Origin: Octopus sinensis
Taxonomy: Eukaryota
NCBI RefSeq assembly: GCF_006345805.1
Contig: NC_043008.1
Coordinates: 11,346,001-11,410,000, forward strand
DNA length: 64,000 bases
Reading direction: 5' to 3'
The notes beneath the pieces were generated by a model. It was not told where the DNA came from. It did not search any database and saw only the letters and a program-made list of their open reading frames with translations. This document shows, one piece after another, positions 27,156 to 40,808 of this stretch. The first letter of the stretch is position 1. The number at the start of each line of letters is the position of its first letter. Made by a program: the position numbers and the translations under genes.

Positions 27156-27529
27156 TCTCTCTATATATAAACGGCAGTTTGTCTGTGCGTGTTTCTGTGT
27201 GTCTGTTTGCTTGTACCCTCACCCTGACCACGGCTTTCAACCGATTCTGATGAAACTTGACACACACATAGCCCAATGTCATAATTGAAAACTAACGCAG
27301 CGAAAATTTTGAAAAGTTCCCCCAGTTCTGAAAAAAATCGATAAATTCGACATGGGGTCGAGAATCAGAAACACGAACCACAAACTGTCTAGGGGACGCA
27401 ACTCCATCCTTTTTTAACTCTCAAAAAAATATTTACCATATTTTTTTCCATTTTTTGGCTATAACTCTCTAAAAATGCTTTATAGTTATTTCCCTTACAA
27501 ACCTGAGCAACGCCGGGCGATACTGCTAG
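27156..27529 (+). mobile_element. Non-autonomous Helitron
   Basis: A|TC 5' end (TCTCTCTATATATAAACGGC), 3' GC-rich imperfect hairpin (CCTGAGCAACGCCGGGCG) then CTAG|T. Confidence 0.75.
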
Positions 27530-27689
27530 TTCCGTATATATCTTGGCGTTCACACTTTCTTTTCCCTCCATTCTTCTTCTTCCTTTTGTTCATTTCTTGT
27601 TTAAATTGTTCTTTAATTCCACAATTTCCAGTGTTTGTGTCCCCGGCCTTCTTCGTGCATTTCAACAGTGGTTCCACGATATTTTTATA

Positions 27690-27790
27690 CACCCACTAGG
27701 CCGTTTTCTTTTATCCCAAATCCTTGTATTCCACCAGGTCCTGCTGCTTTCCAATTGCTTATCTTTTTACGCATATTTCTGATAGTGTAC
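27690..27790 (-). mobile_element. R4/Dong RT N-terminal fragment adjoining (TAA)n
   Basis: Minus-strand RNMRKKISNWKAAGPGGIQGFGIK matches the W-K-x-P-G-x-D motif; directly follows the TAA array. Confidence 0.55.
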
Positions 27791-27800
27791 ATAATCATCA

Positions 27801-27848
<48 letters not shown>

Positions 27849-27875
27849 TATTATTATTATTATTATTATTATTAC

Positions 27876-28172
27876 TTTGTCTATTACGAAAGACTCTCAG
27901 ATAGTTGTTAATTACCAGTTTTCTTTATTTGCAAGCAGGTAATAACAAATCACCAAAGGTTTCAAGTAGAGCTTTCTCCTGTGATCCAAAGATCCAATAC
28001 TCTACTTAGAATGCGAGTTGTACCCACAAGTGCTCTCTTCTTGATCACCTCGAGCATGACAGCAGCTCTAATGTTCTTAATGTTTTTCCATTCCTTGGAA
28101 TCTGATTGAAACCTTTGGTGATTTGTTGTTGCTTGCTTTCAAGTAAAGAAAACTGATAATTAAGAAGCATCC
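27876..28172 (-). mobile_element. R4/Dong extreme 3' fragment with (TAA)n tail and an inverted 5' segment
   Basis: Minus-strand LEVIKKRALVGTTRILSRVLD; TAA tail at ~27800-27875; 27900-27965 is inverted at 28106-28171. Confidence 0.65.
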
Positions 28173-28189
28173 GAGAGTTTTTCTTAGGA

Positions 28190-28700
28190 GAAGGAGGAAA
28201 ATCCTGGAAGAGTCCAAGGAGGGGAGTAACTTCCTGCAAAGGTCCGAGGAGTAACTTCCCGTCCCGGAAAATTACGAGGAGGGGGAAAGAACTTCCTGGA
28301 AATGCCCGAGGAGTAGGAGGGCGACCTCTTGCAAAAACCTAAACTAAGAGGGGAACTTTCCCGGATAAATCCGGGGAAAGTAACGCCACAGTACGCTGAG
28401 AAACTAAAGAATGAGAGAGGATGCGGACTTCCTGGAAAACTTCGAGGGGAGGAAGAATGGTAAATTCCTGGAAACGTCCGAATAGGGGGACTTCCTGGAA
28501 ACTTCGAGGCGGAAGTTCCTGGAAAAGTCCGAGGGAAAGGGAAAGATCCTAGAGAAGTCCGAGGAGATGAGCATCCCTAGGAGAGGGAGAGAACTTCATG
28601 GAAAAGTTCGAGGAGGGGTGATACTTCCTGGGAAAGTCCAGGAAGAGCGGGAAATTCGTGGAAAAGTGCTGGAACATCCTGAAAAACTCCGAGGAGGTGG
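28190..28700. repeat. Degenerate purine-rich minisatellite (unit ~ACTTCCTGGAAAAGTCCGAGGAG)
   Basis: Core recurs with irregular spacing throughout the interval. Confidence 0.8.
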
Positions 28701-28999
28701 TAGATGAGAGCGATAAAAACAAAATTCAGAAATATTGTATCAATTTAGTGCTCCTGATACATTCATATTATCGGAATAGATTTCCAGACAATACATTCAT
28801 TCATAAAGACATCTGTGTGTAGCATGCAGACATTTATGCAATAAATAAGAATGATGGAGGGTAATATTAGTCACCCACGTACAATGAACACAATACAACA
28901 TTGATAAGTAGGAGATTCTCATTAGTGTGCATTCTAAGGCAGTGTTCAACTTAACGACGTAAAATACAAATCTACTCAGACAAGAAAGAAATTTCGAAG

Positions 29000-29685
<686 letters not shown>

Positions 29686-30665
29686 GTTATATGAGAACGT
29701 TGTGTGAATGAAAGCCCACTTCCCATGGCGTTTCTAATTAAGAAGTGTCTAGGACGTGCCTTTCTTGTTTTTTGATTCCAATTCATAGATATTTCAGAAA
29801 TTCGTTTACGAAATGCAATTAGTGTGAGTGAGATAGATCTTACAGATAAACCATCTTTGAATCAATTTTGTTCTTTGAATCAATTTTCTTTCAAGAACTT
29901 GGCAAGTGTTTGGTGTTAGCCTGAGTTGATGACAAAACTATGCCAGACTGCATTGTACATATCAAATATTCATGTAGGAATACTACCTACAACGTATATT
30001 TCAGTCTTTATTCGCTAGGGCATTGCTAGGTATAGTATAGCCTTCAGCTTGCAATATGCGTACAACAGCATAATCAATTTTATGTATGCATGTATGTATA
30101 TATATGTGTATGTATGTATGTATGCATGTACGTATGTATGCATGTATGTGTTCAAGCATGCATGTGTGTATAGGTACATTTACAGGTGGCTAATCATTCA
30201 TGCATACATACATATGAATGATTACCTACCTGTAAATGTATCTATACATACATATGTTTTATACATATGTATATGGATATATATACGCATATACATATGT
30301 ATAATTTATATACATATATATATATACATATATACATATATACATATATATATACACATATACATACTCATATATATATATATATACTCATACATACATG
30401 CATACATACATTTGTATATACATTTAGAAGATAGTATGAGAGAAAGAGAAAAATAGGGAGAGACAGAGTGAGAGAGAGAGAGAGAGAAAGAGTGTGTGTG
30501 TGTGTGTGTGTGAGACAAATACATACGTTAATGGAAATATATTTGCTGTTTTAAAAAATAACATCGAAGAACATTAACAGAAAAATGACAGGGAAGCAGG
30601 GCAAATAAAAATGCAGAGTATATCTGGCTGCAATGTTTTATCGATAAGGGTTTTCCATATAAATT

Positions 30666-30719
30666 CAAGCATCGGTTGTCAAGCGATGTCGTGGCGGACA
30701 AAAAAGAACACACAAGCAT

Positions 30720-30752
<33 letters not shown>

Positions 30753-30938
30753 CATACACATATATACATATATACGACAGGCTTCTTTCAGTTTCTGTCT
30801 ACCAAATCCTCTCACAAGGCTTTGGTCGGTCCGAGGCTATAGTAGAAGACACTTTGCCCAAGGTTCCACACAGTGGGACTGAACCCAGAACCATGTGGCT
30901 GGTAAGCAAGCTACTTACCACACAGCCCCTCCTACGCC
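30666..30938 (-). mobile_element. SINE family A, partial
   Basis: Head and central microsatellite match the other copies. Confidence 0.85.
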
Positions 30939-31734
30939 TATTTATTTCAATTTTCGCACAAGGCCGGCAATATAGGGCTAGTTGGGTACTCGATTCAACT
31001 GCTATTTATTTTTATCGACCCCGAATATGATGAAATCTAACATCAACATCCACTGACTTTGAACTAAAAAAACCGCTTTAACCAAATTTATAATAGTAGT
31101 TTCAAATTTTAGCAAAAGGCCAGTAATGTGTAATTCCAAAGAATATCATATTTAGATTCAAATTCTCAATTTCACTACGTATATCATAATAGTGAAATAG
31201 ATATATTTCATTTAATATTTTTATCTCTGCAAATTGCCAGAAAGATGACGTTCAGTTTTTGAGCAAGTTGCCATGCATAGTTACGTTTGGAGTAATCTCG
31301 ATTTCACTACATATCTCATAAAGGATTTAATTTCGATATTAAAAAAATACATGAGAATTTGTGCTTTATGAATATCAAAAAGAATGAAATAGTTGTAATG
31401 ACTAAAATAGTGAAACAGAGATTCTCTATTAAGTATATTAATCTCTGCAAATTGCCTGAGGGAAGACTTTCTGCTTATGAGCAAGGTGTCACACTTGGTT
31501 ACGTCTGGAGTAATCTTCAGAGTGAAACAATGAAGATAAACGGTTGTAATCTATCTTGGACCAGCAATCATTATATTGACTCTCTGTCTGAGGCGTATCT
31601 TTCTGATAACAACATTTGATCTCTGGCCAAAAAAGAGAAAAAAAAGAGAAAAAACGAATAAAGAATGAAAACTGCAATAGAAATGCAAATGAAACGTTTG
31701 GGTACGACAATCAGTTCAGATACCGTCATGCTGG

Positions 31735-32140
31735 TTTCAAATTTTGGCACAGGGCCAGTAATTTCGATGAAGGAGATAATTCAATTCCAACGACCCTGGT
31801 GCTCGACTGGTATTTATTTTACCGACAACGAAAGGATAAAAGGCAAATTTGAACACAGAACGTAAGGGCGGACGAAATGTCGCTAAGGATTTCGTCCGCC
31901 ATCCTAACAATTCTGCTGGTTTGCTGCCCCCTCTGGTACTGTAACATTGGTTTTAAATTAAAAACATTGGTTTTAACTGTTAAAAAGAAGGCCAGTATTC
32001 AACTGGTACTTACTTTATCGCCTCCGAAAGAGATGGAAGGTAAAGTCGACCCCGGAATATGATCTCAGAACGTAAAGACGGATGAAATGCCACTTAGCAT
32101 TTTGCCTGGGGTCCTAACGATTCTACCAGTTCGTAACCTC
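31735..32140 (-). mobile_element. Two degenerate SINE-C-related fragments
   Basis: CTGGTACTT.ATTTTATCGACC..GAAAGGAT.AAAGG core on the minus strand. Confidence 0.6.
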
Positions 32141-32308
32141 AGATACAGTAATAATGATATCAGTTTTGGGATTCCCTCACAAACAAATCCCCAGTAAGTG
32201 CTTCTCGATGTATCCAAGTAACAAGTGTTGGTCCAAACATTGTACTATAATATTCGTTGGAAAGAGAAAGCAGAAGATTAAAATTAAGTACGGGGCATGC
32301 TCTACTAT

Positions 32309-32566
32309 GTGGAGACCTGTGGCTCAGTGGCTAGAGTGTCAGCATCATGATCGTAAGATTGTGGTTTCGATTCCTGGACCGGGCGACGCTTTGTGTTCTT
32401 GAACAAAACACTTCATTTCACGTTGCTCCAGTCCACTCAGCTGGTGAAAATGAGTAACGCTGCGATGGACTGGCGTCCCGTCCAGTTGTGGAACACATAC
32501 GCCATTGAAACCAGGAAACCGAGTCCATGAACCTGGCTAGGCTTTAAAAGGGGGCATTTATTTTTT
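32309..32566 (+). mobile_element. SINE (head H1 plus tail T2) with 12-bp TSD
   Basis: TSD ATGCTCTACTAT at 32297-32308 and 32567-32578. Confidence 0.88.
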
Positions 32567-33986
32567 ATGCTCTACTATAATATGAAAGGCTGCTTGAGAA
32601 AGAAATTCCGTCTCAGTTTCTGTAAAGCCGAAGCACAACAGATGAGACAATTTTCTGGGATTGAGAGAGACACTTGCACGAATATAATTGTAGGTTTCAC
32701 AACAAAGATAGTTGTTCGCATATGAAAGATGAAAAGGAGAAAGAATACCTGTGCGGGGAATCCTAAAGAACATCCATAACTTTAAATATGTACTTGAGTG
32801 TATCATTGAATGTAACTAATTGTCTCATCCTTAATTTTGTGAAGTAATGTGTTACAGCATATGTTTCATTAGTGTACTGAGACATTCCCGAAATTTAACC
32901 CGTGGTAAATACATACACGCGTATCAAGTCACGTAATAATAGTCACACAGTCAAACGTATACATAAATATGCAGATATATACGTCGATAATACACACATA
33001 GGTAGATACATAGGCAGATACATCTCTCTGTCTTTCTATCTATTTATCTATCTATCTATCTATCTATATATCTATATATCTATATATCTATCTACCTGTA
33101 TGTTTATCTATCTATCAACATAGAGAGAGAGAGTAGGAGAGAGGATGGAGAGGTACATATCTAGATAGAAATAGCATACGTGTATGCTTGCATATGTGCA
33201 TGAATACAAATTTATGTCCAAATTAGAGTAAAACGATATTAGTTTTCTCTCTTTCTCTCTCTCTCTCTCTCTGGAGTGAATGATTTAAGAACATAAGCAG
33301 AAGTGATACGTATATTTACATATATATAAATATATTTATAAAAGTTTAATCAATGAAAAGACAACCAGTTGCATTTAATTTCTTCGGAAACAAGTCTGTC
33401 ATTATTTTACGCGTTTCTTATTAATTCTTATGGAAAGGTTCCCTACCCCTTCATAACTAATACGGCCTTTCCCTATAGAAGTGCTTTTTAGAAATTTAAC
33501 AGAGACCAAGAAAAATTAATATAGAATACCTTTCATCCATTGTCCCTTCATTTTTTTCCGTTTTCAGACGAAGTGTACCTTGACAACATTGTACAATATT
33601 TCATTCTATATTTTAAGATTTTAGGTAGATTCAGCTGCTATGTCTAGGAGATTGAGTAACAACTTAGGCACTCAGATGCTCCTTGTTGCATTCAACTTTG
33701 AGGAATAATGAAACGATTTTTTTCCCCTTAAATCGATTTTCCACCGCAATAAATATGATTTCCGTAAAGAATTGCTTCTGATCGAATGCATAAATCACGA
33801 AAACATAACCACACCAACTCATGCACACTCGTGTACATTGATGCTATGAGAAACGTTTGTATATTTATACACACACATAAAATCACCTACATACATATGC
33901 ATACATACATATATACATACGTAAGTACATACATACATACATACATACATACATACATACGTACATACATAGATACATACATACAT

Positions 33987-34022
<36 letters not shown>

Positions 34023-34308
34023 GCGTGTATATATATGAATGTATATAAATATATTCATATACGCACATACACATACACATATCCATATATACTTACATGC
34101 AAATGAATACACACACACACATATATATTTACAATTTTATACACGTGTACATGTGCATATCTATATCTATCTTTCTATCTAAATTATAATATATATATAT
34201 ATATATACATACATCTAATATATATCTATATTATCATCTAATATATATATATAATATATATATACATCTAATATATATATATATAAATGTTATATATATA
34301 TATATTTT

Positions 34309-34370
<62 letters not shown>

Positions 34371-35018
34371 AATATTATATATATAAATATATATACAGGA
34401 GGAGAGAGATAAAGTGAGAGAGAGAAGTAGAGAAATAGACAGAGATGAAGAGAGAGAGAGTGAAAGAGAGAAAAAGAAACCGAGAGATACTTGGCTAGAA
34501 GGAAATACGTTGTGTTAGATTAATTCACATGAGTGCATCACTTCAATTTTCTTTTTCCCATCCTTTTCTCCTGTACATATTCACTATACATAAGTTATCT
34601 TATCAGAAAGCCCAATAGTGAATAGAAAGAAAATTATCTACGCCGCTTTATATTTTCCTTGTTTTTTCTATGTGTTTCTCGAGAAGAACGAGTTTTAAAG
34701 TTATGATCTGGAAGTAAACAGCATTTCTTTCATAATTCTCAGAAACAAGGAAAACAAATAAAAATATAGATTTACAAGCATATCACACGTGAGATATTCT
34801 CTAACGCCATGTCGTAAATCTGATATAATCGCTGCTGTAGAATCAGCCGAATCCATCATTATATGTTCTATGTGTCTAGGCAAAGAATTATGGCAGTAGA
34901 ATCACCAAGGAAAGTTCAATATTTTGGGAGTTTCATTAAGGAGAGTTACATCAGATTTGATGAGCAATCTATCAAGCGAATGTTTATAAATGCTTTATCA
35001 ACGTATTAAATATTTAAG

Positions 35019-35072
<54 letters not shown>

Positions 35073-35081
35073 GATCGATCG

Positions 35082-35116
<35 letters not shown>

Positions 35117-35178
35117 GATCGATCGATTTATCTATCTATCTATCTATCGATCTATCTATCTATCTATCTATCTATCTA

Positions 35179-35232
<54 letters not shown>

Positions 35233-35772
35233 GGGAAAGAATGTATCTGGTGGACGCGTCTGAAAGGATTAGAGACAAGCAGTTTCCTCTCTGGTCAATC
35301 TCTCATCAACTTCTTTAAGTATCACTTGAAAAGGAAATTGAGAGTAGAGAGGCAAGTTCTGTCTAGCGAATGTTTTAAAAAAATATGGGTGACTATAGCA
35401 AGAATGGCACGTATGAATGACGATGCCACCTTGAGCATAATCCTATGAATCCGGAATAATTTAAAACAGGGTGTTACTTACTTGCAAATAAATTTGTTAA
35501 CATGTGACACTATTGGCCGAGGTTACTGTGTCTTTTCCGTAGACTTTTCTTTCCACGGATAAACCGTATCCGACACCCCCCTTTAGACTTTGCATCATGA
35601 CATTTCTGTGATACACGATGCCTATTCATCGTTTTTTTTTACTATCTCTTTTGATCGGAAACCTATACCCTTTTTATTTTTTATTTTTATTTTATTTTTT
35701 CTCCCCAAAAAGAAAAACTCTACTTTGTAATCTGTCCCCTATTTGTTCAGCCCTGTGTGGCTAATAAAGAAA
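35233..35772 (+). mobile_element. L1/Tx1-like LINE 3' fragment in a (TCTA)n context
   Basis: [11 protein letters not shown]...[22 protein letters not shown] resembles the ORF2 C-terminus; followed by a 3' UTR ending CAGCCCTGTGTGGCTAATAAAGAAA. Confidence 0.55.
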
Positions 35773-38330
35773 CATATTTATCTATATATCTATATATCTA
35801 TCCTTCTACCTATCTATCCTTCTACCTATCTATTTATTTTTTCTGTGTCTGTATGTAACTCACACACACACAAATATATAAAATAAGAACTCAAATTGGT
35901 TAAAGATACTCTACAGCTATTTCAGACGTGTTTTGTATTGATGAATAATTCGATTACATTATAAAAAAAGAAAAAGTTTTCTAGAAGTGAATTAAAAATC
36001 TAAAAGTTGGTTCAAATCCACATTCCATATTTTGGTGATTTTTCTCAGAAGTAAAAACTAAGGAACAAAAAACGCACTCAACAGCAGAGCTGAAGACACC
36101 TACAGGGATAATTAATTTATTTAATTTATTTAATTATTGATGGTGAAACTTCGAGTTAGAGAAATAACTTGTTTTAATTTCTTCAAATTGTCTTGTTAGT
36201 GTTCGCTTAATCATTGAAACGTGGTATTTGACATCGCAGTTTAAAACATCGCGTGGTAAAGAATGGCTTCTGCGTTTCAATGATAGTTTAACGTGCGATG
36301 CTCAGTTACAGCCATGGGAACGTTGTGTATACTTAGTGACAACAAACTAATGCCGCTAGTCTTAGATGTAGCTGATGCCTCTGCTGGATCACTGAGCTGC
36401 AGCCATATGGGTGATAATACCTTTATGCATGTCTGGCATATTACCTGATCTAGTGAGAGACATCGATATTATAGGTATGGTCACTGGTTTCAAAAACCTG
36501 AAAAGTCTATGTTTTCCATCAGCAGAATATACCGTTCTATTAACGGACACTGCAATTGGAGTATCTCCAGGCACTTTCGGAGGAAGTTGGGTAATTGTGA
36601 GGTCTGCATGGGTAAGATGGGACCCTGTCCAAAATATTTCATTTCATGCATTGATGTGCCTATGATTACTGAGTTTTCAGATGAAGCGTGACAAGGAGGT
36701 ACTGCTTAACTTGTCTTCAGATCTGAATCATTGTATGTCCAGCAATATAATCAAACCTTCAAGTTATTTACTGCCATCCCCGTGTTGCGTCGCGTACTAC
36801 CATGAGTGGGTATCATTAAGGCTCTAGAGGCCATACCTTTTGAGAGACATAATCCTCCCAGATGACAGTTCGTAGCATTCCAGCGGTTACAGGTCTGACT
36901 GCAGAATAAATATTTTGTGGTTGTGCATATGCTTTTGTTGTAGCGTGCTATGTTAGAATCTATATTATCTAAACATAAACAGCTGCATTTAAGATCATGA
37001 GAATTAAAGCGTGCATGTTTACGGTGCTTATGGGATCAAGTGGGATGTTGTTTAATGCCAGGAAACACCTGGCTATCAATTAATCTATTGAATATTCAGG
37101 CTCTTTCCGTCATCATTCGCGATCTTATTAATTAATGATGTGCATTCCACTTTCACTCGGAAAATATACATTCTCTTTCTGAGATTCGGGATAATAGTGG
37201 ACCTGCAATATAGCCTTGCGAATATGAATAAATAGATGCGACTATATGATACGGGGAGCACAAACACGTATGTACATATATATTACTATATGTGGGCGTT
37301 TGCCTCTTGAGGAACAGTATGTGTTTGGTAGTTTTATAGCATTCATCACACACACACACACACCACACATACACCACACGTACACACACACACACACACA
37401 CATACACCACACGTACACACACACACACACACAGACACACACACACATATATGTAAAATAAAACTTACTTGGAAAAAGATGCGTGGCGTTCGATCATATA
37501 ATAATATAAGTAATATATAAATATAATAACGTATACTTACATATATGTACATACCTACGTATGTATGTATATATACATATATACATATATGGATAGATAT
37601 ATACATATATGGGTACAGGACATCAAAAGAAACGTTGAATACACACACACTCACAAACACACACACACATATATATGTTTGTATGTATACACACACACAC
37701 ATATATATATATATATATGTGCATATACACACATGCCCAAATATATGCACGCATATATATGTCTGTGTGTGTATGCAAAATCCCACACACACACAGACAT
37801 TCTGCAATTCTTTTTATCACCTTCTGTCCTTCAACTGTCTTCTCCCCCCCCCTCTCTCTCTAACACACACTCACGTACACAACCCTTTTCCCTATATATA
37901 CTTTTAAATATAAATAACCAGGTATGTGTGTGTATGTTCGCTTGTTTTTGTGCGTACATCAATATATTAAAAGCAAGTGTATATATTTTTACATTTATAT
38001 TGAAGTGGCTATGAATACGAGTTTGCGTAAGATATAATGCTATGAAAATCAATAGCAAAAAGCGACATTGTATATTGATATGTGATCAAGATCCCTTTCC
38101 ATAACGGAACGAGGAAAAAAATCAGATTAACGGATAACTGCCATACATCTGCAGTATAACAGAACGCAATGGACTTCGATGGATTTCAATACTGAGAGAA
38201 ATGAAAAACATGGATGCGTTTTGCAAAATATCTTTCCAACTTCCACTTTTCTCTTTTTCTTTTACTCCGTGCATATGTGTATGTATGAATGTATCTCTCT
38301 CTATATATACATACAAACATACATACACAC

Positions 38331-38415
<85 letters not shown>

Positions 38416-38479
38416 CATATGTGTATATATATATATATACATACATATATATATACATATATATACATATATATATATG

Positions 38480-38538
<59 letters not shown>

Positions 38539-38568
38539 GTATATGTATGTATATATATATATATATAT

Positions 38569-38610
<42 letters not shown>

Positions 38611-38854
38611 AGTGTGTATGCATGTTTGTGGATCAAAACAGTTTGATTCAAATTCGTTGGTACACTTGAGATTTAAGCGCGATGCTAGTCGTCAGTGAAT
38701 TTGAATTTGAAATTCAAAATGGCTGACGACAAGCATCGCACTTGTAACTCAAAAGCACCAGCGAATTTGCATCAGACTCTTTTGATCCATGCATGTAACT
38801 CTCAAACTTTGGTATACATATACATGTATGTACATGTATATGCATACAACCACA

Positions 38855-39055
38855 TGTGGATCGCTGGCAATTCTTTTTCTCCGTCTTCCTTTTCTCCTGG
38901 ATTTTCCTCCGTGTCCTATTTCTGATGTAGAGCTTTGCTCGAAACGTCAAACCCCCTTTGTTTCCTACCGTGATCGTCTGCTAATACTTTGCATGTACCA
39001 CATCCTTTGCGTTGTTGTTTTTCTTCCTTTGTTTTTCGTTTTTTTTTATTTCCTA
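38855..39055 (+). mobile_element. Penelope-like P1-type element with a variant hammerhead motif
   Basis: TTT CTGATGT A GAGC ttt GCTC GAAA CGT C AAA (38919-38951); homologous to 14640 and 62745. Confidence 0.55.
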
Positions 39056-39065
39056 TATATTTATG

Positions 39066-39096
<31 letters not shown>

Positions 39097-39097
39097 T

Positions 39098-39142
<45 letters not shown>

Positions 39143-39746
39143 ACACGAACACGTGCATACATACATATATAAAATAGAGGGTGTAATGAACACATTGGAA
39201 TTTGAGTACAGAAGCTGTTTGACTAAACATAATATTTAAAGCATATTCAAGTACGCTTATGTTACTTTTGACGATTTTGTTGCTATCCCCAACATAAATT
39301 TCTAGAGATTGTGATGATGCAGACAAACAGAGAGAGAAATTTCTAGTCAGCCTCTTACTGTTTTTGTCCTAATCTTTTTCTCATATATTAAATCGCTTAG
39401 TAAATATACTTTTAATACTGCTTGTAGAAACAAATGCAAATCTACGTATCAGCTTGTAGATGGGAATAAGACTCGTACTTCTTATAAATGAGAGTCAAAT
39501 ACATTACTGAGCTGGGTACTACAATATCACATACAAGAAGCTTGTAAGCTGTGTTATAATATCATGCGATGCTAAGTCGTATAAGACAAACGTCTTGCCA
39601 GTGAATATAAAGTAATATTTGAAATATATACAGTTTATAGAAAGTTATTGAAATTGGAGTGAATTGATAGTTGAAATAATACATTTCTTTAATCTGCAAA
39701 TTCTTGGTTCGTCCAGTATAAATTGCTGCAGCCATTTGTCACTTAC

Positions 39747-39805
39747 CCTGTACATAGTGTTGCTTCTGATTTCCGAAATTTCATTTCAGTTAAATAAGTA
39801 GACAT
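39747..39805 (-). CDS. Candidate first coding exon MSTYLTEMKFRKSEATLCTG
   Basis: AAAATG context and a strong donor CAGG|GTAAGT; no homology recognised. Confidence 0.2.
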
Positions 39806-40504
39806 TTTGATACCATCTCTCTTTCAACAGCAATATTCATATAGACAGGAGTACTCCACGTAGCTGTCAGATCTTGAATTATTGCCCATTATCCAAAATG
39901 AAAATCGACAGACGTGGAGTAGGTTTACATTTTCCAATGTAAATTCGAAAATGTCAGGAATTCTATTCACGCTGTTGTATGCAGAACCGTCAAAGTAATA
40001 TTGTACTAATGCTTACACAAGGAATATAAATGTTCTTATGTCAAACAACATTTCATATGCAAAAACGGAAAGTGTGGTTTATGTAATGACAAATGATGTT
40101 TGAATATGTCAAAAATGAGACGTAAATGGTTTTCCGTAGCAAATATGAAATATATTATAAAGAAGGCAATGATCTGTTGATATATAAAAGCGAATAATCT
40201 ATTAGGATTTTAAAAATCTCAGTTAAATTCGAATTCAAAAGGTAAATTTATGGAAATTTATGATCTGTTATCCATTTACAAATATACAAATTGTAAAATA
40301 TCGAATACAGCTATGGTTATGTTTGCAATGGTTAATCTATAGAATATGACCGTCAAATGTCCTACAGAAATAGAATTCAGGGCAGCAAAAGGACTTCGAG
40401 AATTTAGCCGTGTTATTAGAAGACAGATCGAAAGGAGGAGTGGTATACAGTTTGGCTCCTTCTGTTCTGATTTCAAATCACGCCGTGTCAATTATGTCAA
40501 TTAT

Positions 40505-40808
40505 GCATGAGGAAGAATGAAAACATGAGGCTGATCTGGAACCCAACCTAGGCCCACATATCTACGGCGTTCGCCGCTGGAATAAGGAGTGGTTGGAGAT
40601 CACGCGGTCGTTAGCCTCAAATCGCCAGGCCCTGTCTCAGCGTTTGTGAGAAATGCAGCATTGAGGATGAATGAAGCCAGCTCAACCAACTCCGGGTGAA
40701 TGCTGGAAGAAGAAGAAGAAGAAGAAGAAGAGAAGAAGAAGAAGAAGAAGAAGAAGAAGAAGAAGAAGAAGAAGAAGAAGAAGAAGAAGAAGAAGAAGAA
40801 GAAGAAGA
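40505..40808 (+). mobile_element. RTE-like LINE 3' end with (GAA)n tail
   Basis: ...EWLEITRSLASNRQALSAFVR.. resembles the RTE C-terminus; (GAA)n at 40706-40808. Confidence 0.5.

Noticed and set aside
28190-28700. CRISPR-like repeat array
   Set aside because: Degenerate units, short irregular purine-rich spacers, eukaryotic context and no cas genes
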